Positions 17,401-26,282 of a stretch of DNA of 64,000 nt are shown one piece after another (the first letter of the stretch is position 1; each line of letters begins with the position of its first letter). The position numbers and the translations under genes were made by a program. The stretch is from NCBI GenBank assembly GCA_963823085.1, contig CAWGKF010000016.1:126824-190823 (forward strand), read 5' to 3'. The notes under the pieces are model-generated. The model made no database searches, was not told the origin of the DNA, and was given only the letters and a program-made list of their open reading frames with translations. This DNA comes from Terriglobia bacterium (lineage in GTDB: Bacteria > Acidobacteriota > Terriglobia > Terriglobales > Acidobacteriaceae).

Positions 17401-20400
17401 ATGCTTCTTCCCTTCGTCCGTGAACTCTTCACGGACGTCGAATTGCTTCCCGGCTTTGCGCGTGTAGCCTCCCACCTGAAAGAGGGCACGGGGCGTATTC
17501 GTGTCTCTGGACTCTCTCCGACCGCCAAGGCTCTACTGCTGGTGCTTCTGCGCCGGGCCGCCGAGCGCCCGCTGATCTTCGTTGTCAACGACAATCGCGC
17601 GGTCGAGGAGTTTGTTCCCATCCTTCGCGGATTCTCCGAACTTACTTCGGCATGCGATCCCGATTCTGTCGTTTCTCTGCCCGCCCGCGACGTTCTGCCG
17701 TTCCAGCAGCTTTCGCCACATCCCGAACTTCAGGAGGAGCGCGCGACGGCCCTGTGGAAGATTGCTACCGGCAAAGCTTCAATCGTGGTCACTCCGATCG
17801 CGGCTACGGCTATCCTGCAGCGTTCGCCCGACTACTACACCGAGCTCGCCCGCACTCTGCGCCGTGGAGAGTCCTTCGACGTGGAGAATCTGCTCGGCCA
17901 CCTGAACACGGTGGGCTACGCTTCGGCAGACGTGGTTGAAATGCCCGGCCAGTACGCTCTTCGCGGAGGCATTCTCGACGTTTACTCGCCAGAGGCCGAA
18001 CGCCCGGTGCGCATCGAATTCTTCGGCGATGAAGTCGATTCGATTCGCCGTTTCGACCCGACCTCGCAGCGCTCTTCGAATCCCATTGACGAAGCCCTGC
18101 TCCTTCCGCTCACTGAAACGCCAGTGACCGATCAGCTTCTCGGCGCAATTCATACGCGCCTCTCGGGCAAACGCATTTCCGGATCGACCGAGGAAATCGT
18201 GGAAGCCGCAGTCCGCTCTGGTGGAGTTACCGTCTTCCCCGGCTGGGAGTTTTATGCGCCAGTCGCTGGATCGGACCGTACCGTTTTCGACCTTCTGCCT
18301 CGCGCCGCCGTACTGCTGGACGAACCAGATACACTGCGGACGGAATTCGACCGCTTCTGGACGCGCGTCAATGAAATGCACGAGCGCAGCGGTGTCGGTA
18401 ATCTCGTGCGTCCCGAAGACCTTTATCTGCCTCCGGAGCACTGGTGGCAAAAGGTCGCATCGTTGACCGGAGCTGACGTCGAACACCTCGGAATTACGCA
18501 GAGCGATGACGGCGACCGCAGCATTTCAATCCTCACGCAACCCACACCGCGCTTCCACGGTGCAGTTCCGGCGATGCTCGAAGAAGTTCAAAAGCTGACT
18601 GCTTCGGGAAATCAGGTTCTGTTCTCGGTGCCGAACACAGGCGAAGTCGAGCGCCTCGCTGACATTTTCACCGAATACAACGTCAGCTTCCGCCTGGGAA
18701 GCCGAACGCGTGGCGGCGAGAGCTATGCCGACGAGACCAGCTACTTTGCCGGAGAGGTGAACACCACCACGCTTGCCAAAGCCTACGTACCCGATGGCGT
18801 GGCTTTTCCGGACGCGCATCTCGCCATTTTCGGCGCGCGCGATTTGTTTGACGAATCGGAAGCCGTCGCTTCACGTCCTCAACGGTCGAAGTCAAAAGTC
18901 TCCGCGTTTCTTTCGGACTTCCGCGATCTGCAAGTTGGAGACTACGTCGTTCACGTCGAGCATGGCATCGGTCAGTATCAGGGGCTGAAAGAAATCAATC
19001 AGGGCGACGGCAATGCCGAATTCATGCTGCTCGAATATGCCGATGGCGCGCGCCTGTATGTTCCTCTAACCCGTCTCGATCTGATACAGAAATACCGCTC
19101 GTCTGAAGGGGCGAAGCCGGCGCTGAGCCATCTGGGTACGCAAGCCTGGGCCAAGACCAAAGCGCGCGTGCGGAAGGCCATGAAGGACATGACCGATGAG
19201 CTGCTCAAGCTCTACGCACAGCGGAAAATGGCGCAAGGTCATGCATTTCCGGCGGGGAATGATTTTGTCCGCGAGTTCGAGGATTCCTTCGAGTTCAACG
19301 AGACTGAGGATCAGGCACAGGCCATCACCGATGTGATGCACGATATGGAATCGTCGCTTCCGATGGACCGCCTGCTCTGCGGCGATGTCGGTTACGGTAA
19401 GACGGAAGTTGCCATGCGCGCCGCTTTCAAGGCCGTCAGCGACAACAAACAAGTCGCCGTGCTCGCGCCAACCACGGTGCTGGCTTTTCAGCATTACGAG
19501 ACGTTCAAGCAGCGCTTCGCTCCATTTCCCGTCACCATCGAGATGATCAGCCGCTTCCGCAATCCCAAGCAGCAGAAAGAAATCCTGCAGAAGACGGAAG
19601 CGGGCAAAATCGATATCCTGATCGGCACACATCGAATTCTTTCCAAAGACCTTAAATTCGTGGATCTTGGCTTGCTCGTGGTCGACGAGGAACAGCGCTT
19701 CGGCGTCCGCCACAAAGAACGTATCAAGCAGATGCGCAAGCAGGTCGACGTGCTCACGATGTCGGCCACGCCCATTCCGCGCACACTGCACATGTCGTTG
19801 GTCGGCCTGCGCGACATGAGCGTGATCGAAACACCGCCTAAAGATCGTATGGCGATCCAGACCGTAGTCGCCAGCTGGGATGACAAGATTATCCAGTCTT
19901 CCCTCGAGCAGGAACTCGAGCGTGGAGGACAGGTCTACTTCGTCCACAATCGCGTGGAGAGCATCTGGGAGATTGCTGCCAAGCTGCAGGAACTGGTGCC
20001 GAAGGCACGAATCATCGTTGGGCACGGCCAGATGGGAGAGACCGAGCTCGAGAAGGTGATGCTGCAGTTCATGCATCACGAAGCCGACATTCTGGTGGCG
20101 ACCACGATCATCGAGAACGGGCTCGACATCCCCCTATGCAACACGATTCTGATCAACCGCGCCGACCGCCTCGGCCTCTCTGAGCTCTACCAGCTGCGCG
20201 GACGCGTCGGCCGCTCCAATCGCCGTGCGTACGCGTATTTGCTAATCCCGAAGGAAGTCGAACTCACCCCGATCGCACGACGCCGTCTTGCCGCGTTAAA
20301 AGAGTTTTCTGATCTCGGTGCGGGATTCAAAATTGCCGCCCTCGATCTCGAGTTGCGTGGCGCTGGGAATCTACTCGGCGGCGAGCAGAGCGGCCACATC

Positions 20401-20940
20401 GAGGCTATTGGTTTCGAACTCTACACGCAGATGCTCGACCGCGCCATTCGCGAGATGAAGGGTGAGGCTGCGCCGGACGAGGCCGAAACCCAGCTCAACC
20501 TTGGCCTCAACATCCGCATCCCGGCCGAATACATTCCGGAAGAGAACCAGCGCCTGCGGATGTACAAGCGCGTCGCCGGCGTCGAGACCGAGTCTCAACT
20601 CTCCGACGTTGGAGCCGAATTGCAGGACCGCTATGGCGAGCCGCCGCAGGCAGTCCGAAACTTGCTCGACTATGCCTCGCTCAAACTGCTCTGTATGCGG
20701 GTGGGCGTGAACGCCATCGATCGCAAGCGAGATGGGGTCACTCTCAAATTCCGCCAGAACGCAGCCGTCGATCCCGAGCATCTGGCGCGGTTTGTGTCAT
20801 CGCAGCGTGGGGCGCAGTTCACTCCCGATGGACTGCTGAAGTTCGCCCTGAAGGTGAACGCTGCGGATGACGTCCTCCGCTCTCTTAGAACCGTCCTGGA
20901 GCAACTCGCGGCGGAAGAAACATCTTCGCAGACCCGCTAG
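17401..20940 (+). CDS. mfd: Transcription-repair coupling factor
   Basis: 1179 aa. CarD-like 'GDYVVHVEHGIGQY', helicase motifs GDVGYGKTEVA and DEEQRFGV, and a TRG/C-terminal region. Confidence 0.95.
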   Translation: MLLPFVRELFTDVELLPGFARVASHLKEGTGRIRVSGLSPTAKALLLVLLRRAAERPLIFVVNDNRAVEEFVPILRGFSELTSACDPDSVVSLPARDVLPFQQLSPHPELQEERATALWKIATGKASIVVTPIAATAILQRSPDYYTELARTLRRGESFDVENLLGHLNTVGYASADVVEMPGQYALRGGILDVYSPEAERPVRIEFFGDEVDSIRRFDPTSQRSSNPIDEALLLPLTETPVTDQLLGAIHTRLSGKRISGSTEEIVEAAVRSGGVTVFPGWEFYAPVAGSDRTVFDLLPRAAVLLDEPDTLRTEFDRFWTRVNEMHERSGVGNLVRPEDLYLPPEHWWQKVASLTGADVEHLGITQSDDGDRSISILTQPTPRFHGAVPAMLEEVQKLTASGNQVLFSVPNTGEVERLADIFTEYNVSFRLGSRTRGGESYADETSYFAGEVNTTTLAKAYVPDGVAFPDAHLAIFGARDLFDESEAVASRPQRSKSKVSAFLSDFRDLQVGDYVVHVEHGIGQYQGLKEINQGDGNAEFMLLEYADGARLYVPLTRLDLIQKYRSSEGAKPALSHLGTQAWAKTKARVRKAMKDMTDELLKLYAQRKMAQGHAFPAGNDFVREFEDSFEFNETEDQAQAITDVMHDMESSLPMDRLLCGDVGYGKTEVAMRAAFKAVSDNKQVAVLAPTTVLAFQHYETFKQRFAPFPVTIEMISRFRNPKQQKEILQKTEAGKIDILIGTHRILSKDLKFVDLGLLVVDEEQRFGVRHKERIKQMRKQVDVLTMSATPIPRTLHMSLVGLRDMSVIETPPKDRMAIQTVVASWDDKIIQSSLEQELERGGQVYFVHNRVESIWEIAAKLQELVPKARIIVGHGQMGETELEKVMLQFMHHEADILVATTIIENGLDIPLCNTILINRADRLGLSELYQLRGRVGRSNRRAYAYLLIPKEVELTPIARRRLAALKEFSDLGAGFKIAALDLELRGAGNLLGGEQSGHIEAIGFELYTQMLDRAIREMKGEAAPDEAETQLNLGLNIRIPAEYIPEENQRLRMYKRVAGVETESQLSDVGAELQDRYGEPPQAVRNLLDYASLKLLCMRVGVNAIDRKRDGVTLKFRQNAAVDPEHLARFVSSQRGAQFTPDGLLKFALKVNAADDVLRSLRTVLEQLAAEETSSQTR

Positions 20941-21210
20941 CCTCGGCCTGACTGGCCACGGATTCACAAATCCGATTCGTCTTATCGAAAGTTTTGCTAT
21001 TCCCAAAAGGCCGGGTTGAGGCTACGATATCGCAATTTGTCGCTGGACGACCGTTCGGTCGGGATATGGGGCTCGCGGCGTGCTGAGTCACGGTCGCGCG
21101 CTTTGACATCTAAAGAGTATCCGAAGAATTCAGGCGTAGCACGTCCGGATATCAGGACGGGCGGCGCTGTTTCCGAACAGGTTCGTATGCAATTGCTGAG
21201 GCCGAGAGAC

Positions 21211-21981
21211 ATGACGATGCCAGACGAGAGGTTCTATGACGCGCAGGTCACCAAGCGCGTGGACTTCGCTGCGGATCTGTGGATGTTCCGCATCCGCAGC
21301 GGCGGCGAATTCAACTTTGTGCCCGGACAATTCGCTACCCTCGGTGTGATCGAAGACGGAAAGCGCATCGAGCGGCCCTATTCCATCGCCTCTGCGCCCA
21401 CCGAGGACGAAGTCGAGTTCTTCTTCGAACTCGTCCCCAACGGCGCGTTGACTCCCTTGCTGCATAAATTGCAGGTTGGCGACCGGTTGCTGATGCGCAA
21501 GGTTCCAAAAGGCAAGTTCTCGATGGATACCAGCAACGGACGCAGGAATCACCTGCTGATTTCGACGGTAACCGGAGTCGCTCCGTTCGTGAGCTATGTG
21601 CGTACGCTTTCCAAAGACTGGAAAGAAGGACGCTTTGACGGCTCGCACAAACTCTACCTGCTGAACGGCGCAAGCCGGCCGTGGGAATTCGGATACCTTG
21701 AAGAATTAAACCAGTTTGACAAGGACCTGCCGTGGTTCAAATATGTGCCGACCGTCAGCCGTCCGTGGGATCACGAGGACTGGTCGGGAGAGATCGGCCG
21801 TGCTGACGACATCCTGCGTAAGTACGCCGATCACTGGGAACTGGATGCGAGTAATACCGTTGCGTATCTCTGCGGCCATCCGGAGATGATCGAACATAGC
21901 AAGGCGATCCTGAAGCGCCGCGGCTTTGTCGATAAAGGATCGGTAAAGGAAGAGGTTTACTGGATTCCGCCTCACAAATAG
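21211..21981 (+). CDS. fpr: Ferredoxin--NADP(+) reductase (Fpr-type, FAD/NAD(P)-binding)
   Basis: RPYSIAS FAD-binding motif, 'ISTVTGVAPFVS' NADP-binding motif, and C-terminal 'EVYW'. Start chosen at ATG 21211. Confidence 0.8.
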   Translation: MTMPDERFYDAQVTKRVDFAADLWMFRIRSGGEFNFVPGQFATLGVIEDGKRIERPYSIASAPTEDEVEFFFELVPNGALTPLLHKLQVGDRLLMRKVPKGKFSMDTSNGRRNHLLISTVTGVAPFVSYVRTLSKDWKEGRFDGSHKLYLLNGASRPWEFGYLEELNQFDKDLPWFKYVPTVSRPWDHEDWSGEIGRADDILRKYADHWELDASNTVAYLCGHPEMIEHSKAILKRRGFVDKGSVKEEVYWIPPHK

Positions 21982-22013
21982 CGGATTGATTCTGAATTAT
22001 GAGCGAAACCTCA

Positions 22014-22075
22014 GGGGCTATAAAGCCCGCATCTTTGTTGGCTGTAGCGCGGCTTAAGCCGCGCCCTTTCAAACA
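22014..22075. repeat. Short interspersed repeat, family D copy 1 (contains palindrome GCGGCTTAAGCCGC)
   Basis: ggggctataaagcccgc...gcgcggcttaagccgcgccctttcaaaca resembles 24477-24540. Confidence 0.5.
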
Positions 22076-22113
22076 TTGCCCGGCCACGAGTCTTCAGCTT
22101 TGAGACCAGATTT

Positions 22114-22437
22114 CTAGCTCTCCGCGGGCGCGAAGAAAACCAGGACTGACAATTCCTCTTCAACATCGTAGAACTTGTGTTCGACCTCAGCCGCGACAAA
22201 GAGTACGGTTCCGGCCGATACTTCTGTGTCTTGACCGCCCGCGCGAAATCGTCCGCGACCGCGGATGACGTAATAGAGCTCATCTTGATGATGCGGAGAC
22301 TGTGGATCAATCGATCCAGCCGATAAGACATACAAACCAGCGCTCATCGCGGGAACCCGCAGGAACTCCCGATAAAATTGGCCGCTCTCAGCACGTTGGC
22401 GGTTAATGTTCTCAACTCTGGTGAACAGCGTCTTCAC
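22114..22437 (-). CDS. Cupin-domain protein
   Basis: 107 aa with a 'HHQDELYYVIRGRG...G..LFV.A...H.F' cupin motif pair. The GTG start overlaps the TetR stop (GTGA). Confidence 0.75.
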   Translation of the reverse strand: MKTLFTRVENINRQRAESGQFYREFLRVPAMSAGLYVLSAGSIDPQSPHHQDELYYVIRGRGRFRAGGQDTEVSAGTVLFVAAEVEHKFYDVEEELSVLVFFAPAES

Positions 22438-23021
22438 GCGAGAATTCCCCCAAACATCAACTCGGTGAATTGCGGCACCAGATTATGCGCCTGCAGATTT
22501 CCTTCCGGCTTGTACCACTGATAGATCCAGTTGATCATGCCGAGCAGCGCGAATGCCGCGGCGCGGGGACTCACTGAGCCTTTTCCGTGACGCACGCGTT
22601 GCACCTCAACGATCAAGCTCTCGACGAAGTGAACGTAATCTTTCTTGCGCGTGTTGATGCGTTTGCGCAGCGTCGGGGGCAGCGGATGATTCTCATGCAA
22701 CATCACAGTAATCTCGCGATCGCGCGGGCTGAGCACGACTTCAATATGCAAACGGATCAGCGCACGAAGACGTGCTTCGGGATCGGCGATCGCGCGGGCG
22801 GGAGCGAGCACACGCTCCTCGGTGATCTCCATGGCGTGGTTCATGATCTCGAAGAGGATTTCATCCTTGCTCTGAAAGTGATGATAGAGACCACCCTTGC
22901 TGAGCTTGAGCGCGGCGGCCACGTCGTTCATCGAGGTCGCGTCATATCCGCGCTGCTGGAAGAGGCGGGCGGCGGTTCGCAGGATTTCCTGCCGGGAATC
23001 AACCAGGGTCTCGCGAGGCAT
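22434..23021 (-). CDS. TetR/AcrR family transcriptional regulator
   Basis: HTH region 'ILRTAARLFQQRGYDATSMNDVAAALKLSKGGLYHHF'. Start chosen at ATG 23021. Confidence 0.85.
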   Translation of the reverse strand: MPRETLVDSRQEILRTAARLFQQRGYDATSMNDVAAALKLSKGGLYHHFQSKDEILFEIMNHAMEITEERVLAPARAIADPEARLRALIRLHIEVVLSPRDREITVMLHENHPLPPTLRKRINTRKKDYVHFVESLIVEVQRVRHGKGSVSPRAAAFALLGMINWIYQWYKPEGNLQAHNLVPQFTELMFGGILA

Positions 23022-23110
23022 CGCGTGCCATGGTAAACAGTTGCGGCGCGGAATGCCAATGCCGCGTAGAGATTCTCTGGCGGCACTATCGGCAAGGGAT
23101 TCGCGCGGCC

Positions 23111-23986
23111 TCAGACGTAGACTTCCGGAATGAAGTTCTGTTCGTGGATAGGCGGTCTGACGTATTTGGTCTTGTCCAGAGGCGGCAGTTTGAGCCGTTG
23201 CGGCGTCAGATCCTGATAGGGAATCAGGGACAAGAGATGGCGAGCGACATTGAGCCGTGCACACTTCTTGTTTTCGGCGTTCACCACGTACCAGGGCGCC
23301 TGCTTGATGTCAGTGAGAGCGAACATCTCGTCCTTCGCCCGCGAGTATTCCGCCCAACGCCGCCGTGACTCCAGATCCATGGGGCTGAGTTTCCAGCGCT
23401 TTGTGGGGTCGTTCATGCGGTCTTGAAAGCGACGCTCCTGTTCCTCGTCGCTCACGGAGAACCAGTATTTGATGAGGATGATACCGGCGCGCACCAGCAT
23501 GCGCTCAAACTCCGGGCAGCTATGCAGGAACTCCAGATACTCGGCCTCGGTGCAGAAGCCCATGACGTGCTCGACGCCGGCGCGGTTGTACCAGCTGCGG
23601 TCAAAAAGCACCATCTCGCCAGCGGCCGGCAAATGGGCTACATAGCGCTGAAAATACCATTGCGTCTTCTCGCGTTCGGTAGGCGTGCCCAAAGCCACTA
23701 CACGGCAGATACGGGGATTCAGCGTCTGGGTAATCCGCTTGATGGCGCTGCCTTTACCTGCAGCGTCGCGGCCTTCGAAGAGGATCACGACCTTCAGGCC
23801 TTTGTGGCGAATCCATTCGTGAAGCTTGACCAGTTCGAGTTGCAGGCATCCAAGTTCCTGCTCGTAGTCGCAGTCTTTGCCCAGGCGCAGGGGCTTTGAG
23901 GATTTTGTGCCAGCTGTGATCGGTTCCGTAATCTTCACGGTATCGACACGGACTTTCTCACTGGTTAGAGCACGCTTCTCCGCCAT
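23111..23986 (-). CDS. ppk2: Polyphosphate kinase 2 (single-domain PPK2)
   Basis: 'VVILFEGRDAAGKGSAIKRI' Walker A, 'FDRSWYNRAGVE' and 'WYFQRY' are PPK2 signatures. Confidence 0.9.
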   Translation of the reverse strand: MAEKRALTSEKVRVDTVKITEPITAGTKSSKPLRLGKDCDYEQELGCLQLELVKLHEWIRHKGLKVVILFEGRDAAGKGSAIKRITQTLNPRICRVVALGTPTEREKTQWYFQRYVAHLPAAGEMVLFDRSWYNRAGVEHVMGFCTEAEYLEFLHSCPEFERMLVRAGIILIKYWFSVSDEEQERRFQDRMNDPTKRWKLSPMDLESRRRWAEYSRAKDEMFALTDIKQAPWYVVNAENKKCARLNVARHLLSLIPYQDLTPQRLKLPPLDKTKYVRPPIHEQNFIPEVYV

Positions 23987-24408
23987 ATCATCACCTTCGG
24001 CGAACCCCGAGCGTGCGTCAGGTTGTGGAATGTCTGGCTGAAATAAAGTTTGGAGGGAGATTCCCGAAACGGGATGGCTTTTCGTGTGCGAACGTCGATT
24101 GGGGTATCCCCCCTCCCCCTCGGGTCCCCGGAATCATTGAGTTAGCGGGAAATCGCAAAGTAATCTATGGGGCTCAATCACTTGCGGGCAAAATCTTGGT
24201 TTCAAAGAACTTAGTAGCAAGAATTGCAATGAATTTGCAATGACAATTCCCAGAACGGGACCTAATGCGTACTCGGCGCACCGTCTCCGCTTCAGCGATG
24301 ATCGCCGATATGGAAGTCTGTGCGCAAGGTCAGACGTCACAAGGGGCTGTGGGAAACCGCACTTTGGACGGTAGCGATCGGAGCGGCCCGATACTTCCGG
24401 GCCGCTGT

Positions 24409-24433
24409 ACAGCCGAGGGCGGCTGTCGCCACA
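24409..24433. repeat. Hairpin repeat, family C copy 1 (ACAGCCG-AGGG-CGGCTGT + CNCCACA)
   Basis: acagccgagggcggctgtcgccaca is near-identical to the copies at 24809 and 24942. It is preceded by another hairpin (agcggcccg/cgggccgct, 24382-24406). Confidence 0.6.
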
Positions 24434-24476
24434 ACTTTCCGAATGGGTCTACCATCTGCGGCGAAATACGACCACT

Positions 24477-24540
24477 GGGGCTGAAGCCCGCGTTGATTTC
24501 GCTGCTTTTACGCGGCCCTCAAAGGGCCGCTCTTCCACGG
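24477..24540. repeat. Short interspersed repeat, family D copy 2
   Basis: ggggctgaagcccgcgttgatttcgctgcttttacgcggccctcaaagggccgctcttccacgg shares its ends and an internal GC hairpin with 22014-22075. Confidence 0.5.
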
Positions 24541-24808
24541 TTTTGCATGCGGTGGGGGTGAAAGTTGTAATTACAGGCTCGTAAGCTTTTCTATAGTCCC
24601 CCCATGACTTGGTTCTTCTTTTTCGTGACTCGCTTGCGCCGTGGGAATTCTTTCGGCCCTTTGGCGGGCCAGGGGATTGTTCCGAAGTTTGCGGTTGCCA
24701 CGTTTTCGCAAAGCGGGATTTCATGGGCACGCATTATTGTGGCGCTTCATTCCTGAATGACTAAACTGAAACGACCGACACGTGCGCCAGGTAAGGCTGG
24801 GGTGATGA

Positions 24809-24832
24809 ACAGCCGAAGGCGGCTGTCCCGCA
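24809..24832. repeat. Hairpin repeat, family C copy 2
   Basis: acagccgaaggcggctgtcccgca. Confidence 0.6.
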
Positions 24833-24868
24833 TGAACGTGCTCTAGATCCAACTCTCTTAGTACGCGC

Positions 24869-24912
24869 GAGATCCCTCTCTTCGCCTGAAAAACGGCTCC
24901 GTTCGGGATGAC
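24869..24912. repeat. Family A repeat, single arm (…GAGATCCCTC…TCGGGATGAC)
   Basis: The reverse complement, gtcatcccgaacggagccgtttttcaggcgaagagagggatctc, matches the arms at 28514 and 32547. Confidence 0.6.
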
Positions 24913-24941
24913 GCCGTGCGTGGAGGTCCATGGCGCGCTGG

Positions 24942-24966
24942 ACAGCCGAGGGCGGCTGTCCCCACA
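24942..24966. repeat. Hairpin repeat, family C copy 3
   Basis: acagccgagggcggctgtccccaca. The 3' part, cggctgtccccaca, recurs at 34878-34892. Confidence 0.6.
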
Positions 24967-25016
24967 TCGTTTTGCCGTTCCCGAAGAGGTGGTTACGAGG
25001 CGGTTACCATTCTCTC

Positions 25017-25045
25017 TTGACAGCTCATTTTGGCTTCGATAGCAT
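25017..25045 (+). promoter_or_regulatory. Candidate sigma70-type promoter upstream of ilvC
   Basis: TTGACA (25017-25022), a 17-nt spacer, then TAGCAT (25040-25045), 47 nt upstream of the ilvC ATG. Confidence 0.4.
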
Positions 25046-25049
25046 ATCG

Positions 25050-25072
25050 AAACCGACCGACCGGTCGGTTTT
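25050..25072 (+). other. Short hairpin plus T-run in the ilvC 5' leader
   Basis: aaaccgacc-gacc-ggtcggttt forms a 9-bp stem followed by a T. It lies between the candidate -10 and the GAGGAG RBS. Confidence 0.35.
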
Positions 25073-25091
25073 CACGAGCGAGAGGAGCACG

Positions 25092-26141
25092 ATGGCAGTA
25101 ACTATATTTTACGAACGCGATGCAAAGCCCGAAGTGCTGAACGGCAAGACGATCGCCATTATCGGATACGGCAGTCAGGGACACGCGCAGGCACAGAATC
25201 TCCGCGACAGCGGGCACAAAGTTATCGTTGGTCTGGACCCGAATCGTCCGAGCGCCCGGCAAGCCCGCGCCGATGGCATGGTGGTTGTGGCGCCAGATGA
25301 GGCCGCGAAGCATGCCGACTGGATCCAGATTCTCACTCCTGATGAGACTCAGGGCGAGCTATATGAGAAGTTGATCAAGCCCTATCTGCATCCGGGAAAA
25401 GTTCTGGGCGTCTCGCACGGATTCAGCATTCATTTCAAAACCATCGTTCCGCCGAATGACGTCGACGTGGTGATGATCGCTCCGAAAAGCCCCGGGCACC
25501 TGGTCCGCCGGGTCTACAGCGAGGGGCGCGGAGTACCGTCGCTGATTGCGATTCACCAGGACGCCAGCGGTCGTGCGCACGAACTCGCGCTGGCCTACGC
25601 GCACGGAATCGGATCGACGCGCGCGGGCGTTCTGCAAACTTCATTCAAAGAAGAAACCGAGAGCGACTTGTTTGGCGAGCAGGCCGTGCTTTGCGGCGGG
25701 CTGACCTCATTGATCAAGAAGGGATTCGAAACGCTGGTCGAGGCCGGATACGCGCCGGAGATCGCTTACTTCGAGTGTTTGCATGAAGTGAAGCTTATCG
25801 TCGACCTGATCTACGAAGGCGGCCTGGCACGCATGCGCTATTCAATTTCGAACACGGCCGAATACGGCGACCTGACTCGAGGCGAGCAAGTGGTTGGCGA
25901 CGCCACGCGGCAGGCGATGAAGAAGACGCTGGCAGATATACAGTCGGGCAAGTTCGCGCAGGAGTGGATCGCTGAGAACAAAGCAGGCTGTCCGAACTTC
26001 AACAAGATGCGCGAAGCGGAGAAGCAGCACCCGATCGAGATCGTTGGCGCGCAGTTGCGCAGCATGATGAGTTGGCTGCCCAAGGAAGGCAAGAAGGCCG
26101 CTCCAGCGCCGGAAGAAACGAAGCAGGTTGTGAATGCGTAA
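25092..26141 (+). CDS. ilvC: Ketol-acid reductoisomerase
   Basis: '[23 protein letters not shown]' Rossmann motif and '[15 protein letters not shown]'. GAGGAG RBS upstream of ATG 25092. Confidence 0.95.
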   Translation: MAVTIFYERDAKPEVLNGKTIAIIGYGSQGHAQAQNLRDSGHKVIVGLDPNRPSARQARADGMVVVAPDEAAKHADWIQILTPDETQGELYEKLIKPYLHPGKVLGVSHGFSIHFKTIVPPNDVDVVMIAPKSPGHLVRRVYSEGRGVPSLIAIHQDASGRAHELALAYAHGIGSTRAGVLQTSFKEETESDLFGEQAVLCGGLTSLIKKGFETLVEAGYAPEIAYFECLHEVKLIVDLIYEGGLARMRYSISNTAEYGDLTRGEQVVGDATRQAMKKTLADIQSGKFAQEWIAENKAGCPNFNKMREAEKQHPIEIVGAQLRSMMSWLPKEGKKAAPAPEETKQVVNA

Positions 26142-26190
26142 GGAGTGGTTTGAGGACGTCTCTTTCAGTTGGCCGTGTGTAGGGGGCAGG

Positions 26191-26254
26191 GATTCTTCGA
26201 CTGCGGTTGCTCTTTGCGCTTGGCGCGCAAAGAACAATCCTCGCTCAGAATGAC
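26191..26254. repeat. Family A-related repeat (variant arm, minus orientation) with internal 9-bp hairpin
   Basis: The reverse complement starts gtcattctgagcgaggatt. The internal hairpin is tctttgcgc/gcgcaaaga (26211-26233). It sits in the ilvC-ilvB spacer. Confidence 0.45.
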
Positions 26255-26282
26255 AACAGGAACGGGATGACAAGAGGAATCG

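Noticed and set aside
21016-21210. 65-codon N-terminal extension of the Fpr-like reductase ORF.
   Set aside because: The extension is Arg/Ser-rich and non-homologous. Fpr-type proteins begin close to the 'VTKRVDF' region, which the ATG at 21211 provides.
24449-24730. 93-aa basic ORF (MPMKSRFAKTW...) in the ppk2-ilvC gap as a real gene.
   Set aside because: Its C-terminal part is encoded by the family D repeat. There is no RBS and no recognisable domain, so it is more likely a fortuitous frame through repeat DNA.
24930-25091. N-terminal 54-codon extension of the ilvC ORF in the track (start at 24930).
   Set aside because: The extension is translated from interspersed repeat sequence (WTAEGGCPH...). 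A canonical ATG at 25092 with a GAGGAG RBS gives the conserved IlvC N-terminus [11 protein letters not shown].
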